From NCBI RefSeq assembly GCF_009834535.1, contig NC_045696.1, forward strand, positions 62,684,001 through 62,748,000: 64,000 bases of DNA, in the 5' to 3' direction. The notes beneath the pieces were generated by a model. The model had not been told where the DNA came from and searched no databases. It saw nothing but the letters and a program-made list of their open reading frames with translations. Numbering within the stretch: the stretch's first letter is position 1; each line of letters opens with the position of its first letter. The DNA comes from Camelus ferus (Eukaryota). The position numbers and the translations under genes are program-made. Positions 24,966 through 36,434 of this stretch are shown piece after piece.

Positions 24966-27170
24966 CAAGCCCCAGCCCGGGCCTGGCACAGACACCCTCT
25001 CCCTGCTCTGAGGGAGGGAGCATTTGGCTGACCAGGCTGGAGGAGCCCCAGGAATCTGAGCCCTTGGACCCTTGGCATGTTCCACTGTGTTCCTCTGTGC
25101 CAGCTTTTCCCATAGTTAGCCAGCTGTCCTGCAGCTGGGCCTTAGATGGCGAAGAGAATGGAGAAGGAGCTCTGAAGGATGGGGAAGAGCCCAGCTGAGA
25201 GGTGACCCAAGTTTCCCCCTGTTGGATGTGAAACCACCCCAGCCCATTCCACCCTGGGACCCCCTCGGGGACACAGCTTGGGTCTGTACAATGCAAAGGC
25301 AGGCCCTCCGTCACGCAGGGCCAGAGGCCCTCCTGCGGGAGAAACCAGGCTTGGAGTGGCTGGCATGGCACATTGGCTGTCTCTTCCTGGTCACGAGCCT
25401 CTTACCCTTAGAGGAAGTGTCCACCCCCTTCAGTTGCCCTTTGGCTCCTGGAGGCCAGAGGTGCTGCTGAGCAGCAATCACCAAGCTCCAGAGGATGATA
25501 AAGCAGGTGGCAGATTGCTGCAGCCTGGCCAAGCGGACAATGAGAAGTCGCGCTCCCTTTCCAGGCAGCTGCTTCCGGGTCTTCGGCCCCATGACACCCT
25601 GCATAGCTCGGGGTCGTCATAATTTCCCTTCCTCCCCATACCCCTCCCGCTTAGTGGAAAGCTTGGGTTCTGAAGTGAGAGCTCTCTGATGTGTTATAAA
25701 TATTTATCTCCGGGAAGCTCTGATGTTCCTTCAAAACAGAAAGGGAGAGAAGGCACTTGCATGGTTAATCTGCCCAGGATGCCGGGCCCAGTGCTTACCT
25801 AAGCACGTCTTATGTTTCCATCATTTCCTGACCTATTTTGTTTTGTGTGTGGTAAGTTGTGTCTACCAGGAATTGTTCCTGTGTGCGGATAGGAGAAAGG
25901 AAGGGGGAGGAAAGGAGGTTTTTTTTTTTATCCTTTTGTTTGTTTTGGGGTATCATTAATTAGTCACTCTGGGTTGTAATTCCATCCATGGTCAGATGAC
26001 ATGCCTTGTGCCTAATTTAACTGGAGGCTGATGATGAGCTGTCCCAAGCCTGTTTCCACTGGGGAGTGTTGACTTGGGAGCCTCCCAGTTGGTTCTAAGG
26101 CTGTGGACGTTGCCTTCTGCAGTGCATGTGTGCAGAGATGCCTGCCCTGCAGTTGGAACCTCCTCAGTGCCATCCAGGGCCAAGGTGGGGATGATAGTAA
26201 TGGCATCTTGAAGCTCTTGAAAGCGCGTCTCGAGACAGCACGTGGGATCTTGTCTTTACTTTTCCAACTTGTTAGAATCAAGCAGCACCATTGGGTTAGC
26301 CTGAAACTGGCACGTGAGAGGATGTGGCGCGCAGATCTGCCCCCTTGTGAAGATGGTACCACATTTTTACTTTATACCCTGGAGTTGAAGTTCAAGTGGA
26401 AGTATGTCCAGACCAAAGAGCCCACCTACATCCTGAGCATCTTTTCGCAGTTTGAGTTGACATACTTCAGTGGGTCCTATCTTGTGGTCACACATTCATA
26501 TTTTTGTGGTTTGGGGTTTCATCCAGGACCCCTGAACCACCTTCCTGTAACTTGTAGGCAGCAGTTCTTTTGTTTCCTGAAATATCCAGGTCAGCTTGCC
26601 TGCTCTTTTGCCAAACTGTCGCCCTCTGTGGAAATCAGCGCTTAAAGCTCCAACTGCGGACCCATGAGGTGGGAATGCTGGAAGCTCTTCTAGGTTCCAT
26701 CATCTACCAAGAGGCCTGGGCAGCCAGCATCATGGAGTTGAACTCCTCTGAAGAGGATGACCAGCAACAAATGTGTTCCTCAGACACCAGGTGCACACAC
26801 AGGCCTTTCTCCAACACATGAGCCAAGCTTCCTTCTACCTGCGAGAATGACACAGGCACACACTGACACTTCAGTTCTTGTTTTGTGATTTAAATACGTA
26901 CATGAGAAGATTTTAAGTCTGAGTTGCTGGTTGGAATGCCCCTCACACAGCTAACTGGATGTAGCAGCAAAACATTCCCAAGAGGGCACCCGTCTGACTA
27001 GAGCAGGGGATGCTGGGCAGTGGGGCAGACGGTGTTTGACTCCTGGTTGCTGTGGCCTCACACCAGGCACTGAGCTTGCGTCTCCATGGGTGGCTCCTGG
27101 AAGCTAAGTAAGGTTCCTGCCTCCCTTTGAATTTAGCACAGCTCAAGGCCTTGTCTTAGAGGAATGTGAA

Positions 27171-27194
27171 GTTGTTGTTGTTGTTGTTGTTGTT
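27171..27194. repeat. (GTT)8 microsatellite
   Basis: Read directly from the sequence. Confidence 0.95.
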
Positions 27195-27473
27195 TTAAAC
27201 ACTGCCTGATGTTTATGTGAGAATATGGAGAGCCATTTTCTCATCTCCAAAATCTGGCTATAAAGTGTGTGGATCGTGAAAGTCTCTTTCTTTTCTTTGG
27301 TTACTGCTTATCAGTCTTCAGGTTTACATTTTCATGGGATGATATGCTGATCCTCTGTGAGCTAATTGTGTCGGGCGCCTGGCAAGTGTTGTGCGCGACC
27401 CTTTGGGCCATTGCACAATGTCTTCTGCTCCCTAGGAGTTCCTGGTCCATGAGGGAGGAGAGCTAATTATTAT

Positions 27474-27640
27474 GAGAGCATTGGCTAGAGAGTCAGAAGA
27501 CCTGAGCTCTGGGATCAGCTTTGCCACTTAGCCTGACTGTGTGGTCCCTGACAAGTCCCTCTTCTTCTTTGGTCCTCACTTTCCCCATCTGTGCAATGAG
27601 CATATTGGCCTCAGTTATTATCAGGTTCTCTTGTCAAATC
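27474..27640 (+). mobile_element. MIR SINE
   Basis: agagcattggctagagagtcagaagacctgagctctgg...tcctcactttccccatctgtgcaatgag. Confidence 0.75.
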
Positions 27641-27996
27641 CGTTATCCTAGATCATTCTGTCCTTTACCTTTTTGCTATCTTCCCATGGGATTCTGACCT
27701 AGTAGACATTCAACCAGCCTTAGGTGTCAGCCATTGATTTGAGTTTTGTAGCTGACTAGTCCTCCTTTTTCTCAGACATTCTTTCCCATGCTTTGTAGAT
27801 TTCATCTCCTCTTTGCTTTGGGGGCGATTATCCCATCTGCTTATTCCTTACGTTTCAGTGGTCCTACTGCTATCATTATGGCTGTCCTCCAACCAGCATC
27901 CTCTCTGGGCCATCACTGTGGCTGCCACATCCGCATATCAGTCTTGTTTCATCCTCAGAACAGTCTTTCAGCGTTATATGTAAAACCTTCCGGATG

Positions 27997-28122
27997 GGAG
28001 GGAAGGTCTAGCTCAGTGGTAGAGCACATGCCTAGCATTCATGAGGTCCTGGGTTCAATCCCCAGTACCTCCATTAAATAATTAATTAATTAATTAACCT
28101 AATTACCTCCCCCACCCAAAAA
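27997..28122 (+). mobile_element. Camelid tRNA-Ala-derived SINE (Vic-1 type)
   Basis: ggagggaaggtcTAGCTCAGTGGtagagcacatgcctagcattcatgaggtcctgGGTTCAATCCCcagtacctcca, then an AT-rich spacer and aacctaattacctccccc. Same body and tail as the copy at 3880-4037. Degenerate TSD (27982-27996 vs 28119-28134). Confidence 0.9.
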
Positions 28123-29107
28123 CCCCTCCGAGTGTAGTTCTCACAAAGAGATGACTGTATCAAGGACCAGGGGCCAGAAGAACAGGGCCCTTTTAAAAAA
28201 TCTCCTCCTAATGAATTCCAGCATTCCTGGTAAGCGTCTTCCTCTTTTCATCACTGACATTTACAACTTGGCATCTTATTTCATAATTATATAAAAGGAT
28301 AGCCATCTGGACAGACGCCTGCATGACAGTGCAGACTGCACTGGGGGCGGTCGGCCTCCCTGAATAGAAGGGAGTGTCCTCCTGCCTCAGCTTCAGAGGT
28401 GACAGCAGGGTCAGTCCTTTCACAGTGGTGTGAAGGGGTCACTTCGTGCTGGAGCTGCTGCCTCTCTCCTTCCTAATCGGTTAACCTCATTTGAAGTCCC
28501 TCTTGAAAGAAGTGTTACCAATTTTAAGAAACCTTTCCTGAAAGGTGCTTTACAAATGAGGAGTTACAAAAAATATTAAAGCATCTCAAATTCCTGTGTC
28601 TCAGGGCTGTGGATGACCTTCCCAAGTTCTCTTCCAGCCAGTCCCTAAAGGGCAGGGAAAGTGCTCAGATTTATTGAGGGGCTTATGAAGACAAGGCCAG
28701 GGCTCTGCCCAAATGCAGGAAGAGACATCTGATGTCCTTGAGCTCGGCGCTCTGCCCAGGGCCTGTCCAGCAGGCCAGGGAAGGAGGCTGCTCCTGGCAG
28801 ATGAAGTAGGATTTAGAGGATCTTGAAAGACCAGAGAGTACACATAGCACATGGTAGGCTTTCAAGGAAGAATGACTGATTGACAGACTGAATGGCCCCT
28901 CTATCAGGAAGTTCTTTAATTATAGTGAAATCACCATTTACTTCCCCGTAATTCCCATTCAGCCAGGTTGTTGCTCTGTTGTTTGTCTATCAAGGTCTTG
29001 GGCACTTCCGTGTGCTCCCAGGCCCCCTGTGTGGGTGGTATTGGATCTGAGATCTGCCTCCCTGGAGCTCCTCTCTGCCCAGAAGCAGACTCAGGGTGTA
29101 CTGGGAA

Positions 29108-29335
29108 GAGATGCTGGCCTTTCAAGTCCAACAGACCTGGGTTTACATCCCAGCTCTGACATTTGTTTGTTGTGGGACCTTGGACTATTGTTTTTCACCT
29201 TTCTAAGCCTCTATTTCTTCATCCAAACATGGGGATAACTTCATTTAACATTTGGGTGGTTACGAGAAGTAAGCTATTGCCTGTGTAATAGTGCTGGACA
29301 CTTAAAAACCACTCAGAGAAGAGGTGCTTCTGTGT
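29108..29335 (+). mobile_element. MIR SINE
   Basis: cagacctgggtttacatcccagctctgacattt...tctaagcctctatttcttcatccaaacatggggataa. Confidence 0.75.
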
Positions 29336-30674
29336 GGCCATCGTTGATATTATCAGAAGTACTTGCAAGGCCGTGAGGATGCAATTTCCCTTTCTTTCAT
29401 AGCCCTGATGACGCCACAAAACTGCCACCACACACCCCTGAGAACCCCATCTCCAAGTCAAGCACCCTTGTCCTTCTCTGCTGCTATGATGGGGTTGCTC
29501 TGCTCCAGATGATGGTGCCATCCTGTCCCTGTCTCATGAGGGCTCTGCTGTACTTCGTGAAGAGCTGCCTGAGACCCTGGATGTGGGAGCTCGGGGCACA
29601 GGAGGTGGACAGAAAGGAGAGAGAGGGCTGGAGCCTGGTGTGTGCGGTGGGGCCTCCCCATCATGACTTCTTGATGCTGCAACTCTTACGCCTGGGCATT
29701 CTCCCCTGGGACACAGTGTCCTTCCCTAAGGTCACCATCAGGTTCCTTCCCTCTGTTCCCCAGCGCCACCTGAGAACAGCAGGGGCACTGAGACTCCAGC
29801 CTGCGGCCTCTCTTCTCCTTCCTGGTTTAAGGCAGCTCCCTGGGAGACAGCCACGTCACCGCAGGGCTTCTTGACCTCCAGGCTCTCAGATCATCACCGT
29901 TCCTGGTTTCTGGGTGGTGGTCATCCTGAGTGTTGTCTTCAGTGCAGGAGGGAGAGCGGCAGTTCTACTCACATTTACGTGTGGGGTGGGCCGTGTGAAG
30001 GCAGGCCGGCCGCCGGGTCACCCTGGCCTGGGGGCCCGTCCTCCTGTACCTGCTCCTGCCGGGGCCAGAGAGAAGCCTGCTGCCCTCTCCCTGTCCTCTG
30101 GTCCGGGCAGCTGGAGTCTCACCTACTGGCACTTGCTTTTTTCGGAAAACTCATATGGAATGCCAACTCGTGTTTTGGTTCTGTGTCACAAAGGAAAATA
30201 TAACAGGAACAAATGAAACAGTTTTTCTTGAATCATAAGCTGTGATTTCTTCATACACTAATTTAGAGGATGGCTATTGAGCTCCACAAACGTTCCTGAG
30301 CGTTTACTGAATGCCATGCCCTGCACTGTGAGTGGATGGAGGCCGAGATGCCAAAGATGGGGTCCCTGTCTTCAGGGGGCTTCCATGGTAGCATCCCAGC
30401 ATCATGCCCCATGGCTGGGCCAGCGTGAAAGGCTGGTGGAGAGCCAAGGATGGAGCCCAGAGCTCTGGATGGGTGGTAGTGTGACTTCACCCCTCCTCCC
30501 TGCCGAGCTCCCCGTTTCTGTCACGTCTTCCTTGACTGCCTTAGGCTCAGTCGAGTCCCCTACGCTGCAGACCCAGGATCCCTGTAGCGTATGCAGCCTG
30601 GGTGTGTGAGATATGTCTCCCCGTTACTTGGTCTTCTCGGCGTCACAGCCTCACGCGGCACATCGTGTCATCTG

Positions 30675-30810
30675 CGCTTTAACAAATGAGACAACTGAGG
30701 TTTAGAGAAGTAAGATAATTTCCCCAGGGTCACAGAATTAATCAGCAGCAGAACTGGTGTCTGCACTCACGTGATCTGATTCCCAGGCCAGAGCTGCCCT
30801 TAGTGCTTAC
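30675..30810 (-). mobile_element. MIR fragment
   Basis: aacaaatgagacaactgaggtttagagaagtaagataattttccccagggtcacag. Confidence 0.75.
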
Positions 30811-31677
30811 TCTCTCTTGTCATAACCCCGAGCAGCCTCTCTTCTAGTTCAGGTCAGTACTAGGTACCCCCTCTCTGTTTTCAGTTACCTGGTGTCTCCC
30901 CCTGAGGGCGGGATCCCGGCAGCCTGATGTGTGGTCCTCTGCTAGCACCACCCACCCAGGAGCTCAAACAGGCTTTGGGTGAAGGATGGAGAATGAACTT
31001 TGCTCCTCTCTCCTCCCTTTCTCATCTCTGAGTCACCTGGAGGCAGTGGAAGCAAACAGCTCTTATGAGCCAGGTAATTGTGAGGTTCAGTCTGTCTAAT
31101 TATAGCTTAGTTAGTCTTCCAGACAATGGATTAAAACAAAACAGCATCTGGGGTCTTTCAACTGTTTCTCTCTGGGTCAGCATCCTAACTTGACACATAC
31201 CCAGGCCTGCAGAACGTACTGATCAGGGCCTGAAGCAATAATGGTTTTTACTTCTCTTTCCCTTGGGGGAGATTTACTACTTGTGCCCCAAAGAGAAACA
31301 CCTGTGTGCTTTGAGTTTTAAAGGGTGTCCGTGTACCATAGCATCCAAATCAGATACTTTGGGGAATTCAGTGGTGCTCTGTTGACAGTTACACCAGGAC
31401 GGTGACCTAAACTGGAAGATCTGGTCACCTAGTTTTACAGAAAATGTATGTCTGCAATTGGAAGGAAAGCTATGGGGCGATTGTTGATGAAGACTTCTAG
31501 GGAGTCGGGGGTTGCTGGGAGACGAAGGAGCTTTGTTTCCAGTGGTATCTTTGCATTATTGGGTGACAGCAAGAATAACCCAGTACCCTTTTCTGCAGAT
31601 TCCACTTCATTTTCTAACAGTGGCTGAGCCTCCCAGGATGAGTGTCTGTCTCATTGTTGTCCTTTTCTTTCCTCCAG

Positions 31678-31810
31678 AGATCCTGCGGATAATTCAGCTG
31701 GACCTAGACCTAAAGTATAAGACCAACATCCGGGAATTGTTTGAGGAGTTTGACAACTTCCTGCCAGGCGCCGTCATCGGCATCGCAAGGGAGATGCAGC
31801 CCGTGTACAG
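31678..31810 (+). CDS. XXYLT1: Internal coding exon (exon 3 by human numbering) of xyloside xylosyltransferase 1, a GT8-family alpha-1,3-xylosyltransferase
   Basis: Polypyrimidine tract and acceptor ccttttctttcctccAG (31661-31677); donor CAG|GTATGT (31810/31811). The 133-nt exon starts in phase 1 and encodes (E)ILRIIQLDLDLKYKTNIRELFEEFDNFLPGAVIGIAREMQPVY(R), which I recognise as XXYLT1. The metal-binding DxD motif (DLD) is at 31701-31709. Confidence 0.96.
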
Positions 31811-32199
31811 GTATGTGGCGGCTGCAGGTGGGCAGCCTCTAGGACCCCCTCCCCCCTTACCACTCTCCCTCACCGCCCTCGTTACATTGAGAGTTATTGC
31901 TCTGCAGTCTTTCTGCCTTGAGTATCTCAGGGACACATTTGTACTAGTTGCTTACAGTTAAGAGTATGGGCAGGTGGGTCTGCACCAAAGCTGTTGGTGC
32001 TACCTCATTCATTTGGGGGAGTTTGTGACATTTTTCTTGTGGAAAGCCCTGCCATTTGGGTTGCTGGTTCTGGTTTGGCTCAGAATTTTAAAGTCTTGGG
32101 CTTTGCCTTACAGAGGAGGTGTCAAGGTATAGCTTTATATGGCTAGTCTGGTGATGAGCTAGGTTTTCTTGGCGCTTGAGTCACCAGCGACCCCTTCTC

Positions 32200-32785
32200 T
32201 GTGTAAGTGGAGTGCATTTATGAGTGTCTTTCAGGGAGGGGGAGGCAGCACAGCTTTGGAACACAGATTGGCATCACCTAGTTGAGTGAAGAGCACATTC
32301 TAGGGCTGCCGTGTGGCCTTGTCATGTGTGCGTCGTGGAGAAACTCCGGCGCCTGAGAACCAGGAGATGCGTTCGAGAGTATTCATTATGGCATTGTTTG
32401 TAGTAGCCCAAACTGAAACAGCTTCAGTGCTCACAGACAGCAGAATAGATAAATAAGATATATTTATCCAGTTGAGTACTATATAAAGTTAAAAATGTAC
32501 AGACCCTGGCTACATGCACTGATGGGCAAAACTGAACTGTACTCTTCAGGAAAGTATACACAAGTGGTTAAAAAATACAAGAAAACTAAGGAAATGATGA
32601 TTCCTAAACGCCAACATGACAGCTCACTCTGCCGCGGGTGGAGTGGTGGTGGGAGGCGGACGTGGCTGGGGGTTTGCCTCCCAAGGGCTGCAGTGCTTTC
32701 ATGCTCGGCTTGAGTGGCTGTACATGTGTGTGTGCTCCTTTGTGTGTAATAGATGTCTGACAATTTAAAAAAATTAAAAAGAAAA
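32200..32785 (+). mobile_element. Ancient L1ME-type 3' fragment
   Basis: gctttggaacacagattggcatcacctagt...gtattcattatggcattgtttgtagtagcccaaactgaaac...gaatagataaataagatatatttatc...; ends in an A-rich tail. Confidence 0.7.
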
Positions 32786-35339
32786 GGAAGAGCAGAAGCA
32801 CCTGCCGGGTTTTGTGACTCTGGTCGTGGAGAGTTTCACGTTGCTGACTCTCCTCCTCTGGGCAGAGCCATAGCTCACCCAGAGCCTGGAGCTGGCCCAC
32901 TCTTTGTTCTCCACGCAGACCCTCATGCTGGCTCCCTGTGGGCATTCTTGGAGCTAAGCCCGGCCTTTGGAGAGTTTGGGCACAGGCAACTAGTGACTCA
33001 AGAACATGCATTTCCCCTAAGAGAGAGGAGACTGACAGCCTCAGCTTGGTTGTAGTTATTTGGAAGTCCCAGATCACATAACAGGAAATTCCTGCAAGGC
33101 CTCTGAACGAGTTGATAGCTCCTGGGCCTTGTGGGCTGTTCTTCCTTACATAATCCTCTCACTAGTTGCCCTAGATCACAGAGTAGAGCCCCTTGCCCTG
33201 CCATAGAGCAGAGGGGGGAGGTTTGGGCAAACACCTGCCGCTGTACTCACAGCAGCCTCCCCGCCTCGTTCCCTTACCTTCATGCAAGGTGTCTTATGTC
33301 TGGGGTTCCTGATTTAACAAAGGGAGGAGATGGAAGGAGCACCGAGCTGAGAGTCTGAAGTCCTATGTGCAGATCCCAGCTTGGCCACCTCATGGAGCCT
33401 GGGCTCCCCAAGGTGAGAATGGGAGCAGCCGGGCTCTGAGACCTCCCTCCTCCAGCGCTGGCATTTGTGATCCCAAGCATTTCTGCATCCTCTTTCCTCA
33501 TCCTGAGGCTGCCTGTCAGCTGGTGAGTTCCTCACTGCTCCGTGGGGCCAGTGCCCGGGGGTCTTTAAACCAGGCTTACTATTAAGTACAGTTAGAGCCC
33601 TGAGACCTTCAAGCCGTAGTCTGGAATCTTCTCGTGTAATAGAAATGGAAACCTGATCGCACTTAATTTGAATGGTATTGGCCAGAATTGATGTTTTCTG
33701 TAGGTCCAGGATCATACCAACAGTGAAACTTAAATCAGATTAATTGGCCTTCTCAAAAGAAATCTTGGAAAGATTTTAGATCCAAAATGAAACTGAGTTT
33801 GTCTCACCTTCAGATTCTTTAGTTATCATTCTGTACAGCAAGAAAGGTGAGACTCCTGCAGCAGGGCTGCTGGCAGGTCCCCCAAATCTTGCTTGTGCCC
33901 TCAGAATCAACAGAAATTAAAAGGCCTTTAAGTGTTCTTCCCCCTTCCCTTCCTCTCCAGCTGAAATATTTCTAAAGGCCTCTAATAATTAAGTCTGTAA
34001 ATGACGCCTTGCGCTCATCTGTGTCCCACCGGCTCTGGTGATTGCCTTTGAATATTTGCCGTCTGTCTGGGCTGGGGCTGGGAACACACAGTGTGGTGCT
34101 GGCTGGGGCACACAAGAATGGACTGGGTTTTTTGCCATCTTCCACAAAAAAACTGGAGACTCCAGTGGCCCAAGAGATTGAGTGTTAGTTGTCTGCCAGT
34201 TTGGAGCCTGTGCCGGGTGTGCGTGTGTTTGTGGGGAGGGGTGGGAGGAGCAGAAGAGGGGGTGAAGGCAGGGGAGTGAGGAAACAGGGCCTGAGCAGGG
34301 GCAGGCACAGTCAGCTGTCTGGTGAACAGTCCCAGCCCCATCTCCGAGGACTTGGCCATCGTAGCTTGGGCACCTCATGGCCATCTGGCCACCTCTGTGG
34401 GTACTTGCGCCTCCCTGAGTGCTCCCCGAGCACGTGGCCTCGGGACCCAACCACCACGTGGTCTCTCAGAGTGTGGACAGTGAGCCAGGCAAGGTATTTA
34501 TCATCAGTGGGATCTGCTAGCATCTGTGAAAAGAAAGGAAAATTTAGAAACAAAACAGCACAAAAGCAAAACTTGAGTGATTAACGGAGCACATTTTGAT
34601 CTGGAGATTCACTAAGCAGGAATAAATTTGGACCTCCTCAGCTGTGTTATTTTTATAGCCACTTGTCTAACAGTTACTGTACCTCAAAAAAGTCACGTAT
34701 TAAGTCATTTTTATGGCTGTTTCCCTTTGATTGTGTGCCATGAGTGTTAGAAGCTTGAGGGATTGGGGGAGAAAGTATTTCCCACTGTCCTTTTGATAAA
34801 TAGCTTTTTTCTTTCTTTCTTTTTTTTTTTTTTTAAACAATTGCCCCCCTCCAAACATAACACCAAAGCAACTGTGTTTTCGGGAGACTGATGGCTCATG
34901 GGATGCTGAGATGGTGAGAGGAGCCTTTTTCTCTTGGGTCCCTGTAATGTTCTCTTGAGTCAAAAAGCCATGATCTTCACCATCTGAGAACTGGGGAGCA
35001 GTGTTCATCTTGGGTGGAATATTGTCCTTTCTGTCTTGACTCTTTTCTCTGCCTCTTTGTGAGAGAACTAGAGCACTGAACAGGTCCTCTTTGGCAATGT
35101 GGTTAGTTGAGATAAGTGGCCAAACGGAGAGAAGGGTCTAGGGCTTTCTCTGTAAAAATAGAGTGCTCTCCATAAATAGCCGTATTTTGCAAATATGTGT
35201 TACTCCAGGATGTGATTTGGAATTTACTTCCTTACGTATTAGAAAAGTAAAGAAAACCATTGGACCCACTTTGTGTACAACCTGTAAAAATTATAAAGGT
35301 GTATCAGCAGGCAGAGCAACCATGTGTAGAACAAATTGC

Positions 35340-35545
35340 ACTCGGGTTATGCTCAGAAGCTGTGGGTTTCAGTGCTACCTTTCATGAATTACCCGTGTGA
35401 CAACTTGCAATTAACCCTATTCTCTGAACCTCTGTGTTTTGATTCATAAATGGGGATAAATATATCTGATGCACAGAATTACTGGAAAACGCAAATGAAA
35501 TAATGCACGTGGAAGTTTCCAGTGTAAAAGAGACCCTTGGTAAAG
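35340..35545 (+). mobile_element. MIR SINE
   Basis: tctctgaacctctgtgttttgattcataaatggggataaa...caaatgaaataatgcacgtggaag. Confidence 0.7.
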
Positions 35546-35656
35546 AGCGTTTCCTCCCTCTCTCTCTCCCTGAGTTGTCACACTCCTTTTTGTGCTTTTT
35601 CTTCCAGGTGATTCGTTTTTCTGTGTACCTCCTCCTCTATTCCACCACCAGCCATG

Positions 35657-35872
35657 TAGGGTTACTATTTAAAATACAGGACACCCAATTAAATCGAGTT
35701 TCAGATAAACTACAAGTAATTGTTTTATGTAAGTATATCCCAAATATTGCATGGGGATATACTTACACAAAACAAGCATTTGTTGCTTATATGAAATTTA
35801 AATTTAACTGAGTATCCTGTTGATTTTTTTCCTTTTACTTTCTTGCTAATAGCTGTGGCATTTCTATCCCTA
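35657..35872. mobile_element. MER53 palindromic hAT-type MITE
   Basis: tagggtt...aaaatacaggacacccaattaaat...tttcagataaac...aagtatatcccaaatattgcatggggatatactt...gaaatttaaatttaactgagtatcctgt. Near-full-length inverted repeat matching the MER53 consensus as I recall it. Confidence 0.88.
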
Positions 35873-36434
35873 CCCAAGAGTTAAAACCCTTCCTTTTTAG
35901 CAGAAGAGAATGATCTGGCTTTTCTGTAAGATCCTTGAGTGAGCAGGAACAGAGGGTGTGCAGGTGAAGCTTGGGAAGGAGACAAGCGAGAGGGTGGGAG
36001 GGTGGGAGGCAGCCCTCCAAGTCTCTGTGAGGACCAGGCCTGCGGTTCACCTACCCCTCTGCAGGGCGGGGGCCATGGCTTGTGGTTCATTCTCCCTTGG
36101 CTCCGCAGGCCGGCTGTGTGCTGGTTTGAGCCCAAACCCACCACGAGGTGGAAGCAGCAGGCTAATCCTGTCAGCTGCTAATAACACGCCACCAGGCAGG
36201 AATTTGCTTTTGTGGTGAGAATTTTAATAGTGTCCACTCTTTCACCTTTTTAGGTCACGTGGTTTTTATTGGTCACATTTGTGCCAGCCTAGCCTCTTTC
36301 CAGATGCTTGAAATGAAAATGTCCAGCTTATTTGCAGGCTCCCTTGTCCCATTCCTGGAACCAGTGTGGGGCTGTCAGGGGTGCTGGCAAGGAAGTGGGG
36401 ACTAGCACAGAGGTAGGAGTGGAGGGCGTGGACT

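Larger units (their letters stand above)
1..31677 (+). other. XXYLT1: XXYLT1 intron upstream of the exon (3' part; the preceding exon lies outside the window)
   Basis: Ends at the AG acceptor of the exon; no other XXYLT1-like peptide seen upstream; repeat-rich. Confidence 0.85.

Noticed and set aside
26103..26645. 180-aa ORF, and the other long ORFs at 12347-12877, 24862-25371, 43452-43979 and 63326-63862
   Set aside because: No recognisable domain, composition typical of GC-rich intronic DNA, often non-ATG starts, and overlapping ORFs in several frames; consistent with chance.
28002..28073. Genuine tRNA-Ala gene
   Set aside because: Stem mismatches, a SINE-type tail shared with the copy at 3880-4037, TSD-like flanks and no immediate T-run terminator indicate a SINE.
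3880..28122. Inverted pair of Vic-1 SINEs as a dsRNA/editing substrate
   Set aside because: They are 24 kb apart and short, so pairing is unlikely.
31512..31961. 149-aa ORF as a stand-alone gene
   Set aside because: Only the middle 133 nt, bounded by AG/GT, match XXYLT1. The flanks are intronic and the start is a non-ATG codon.
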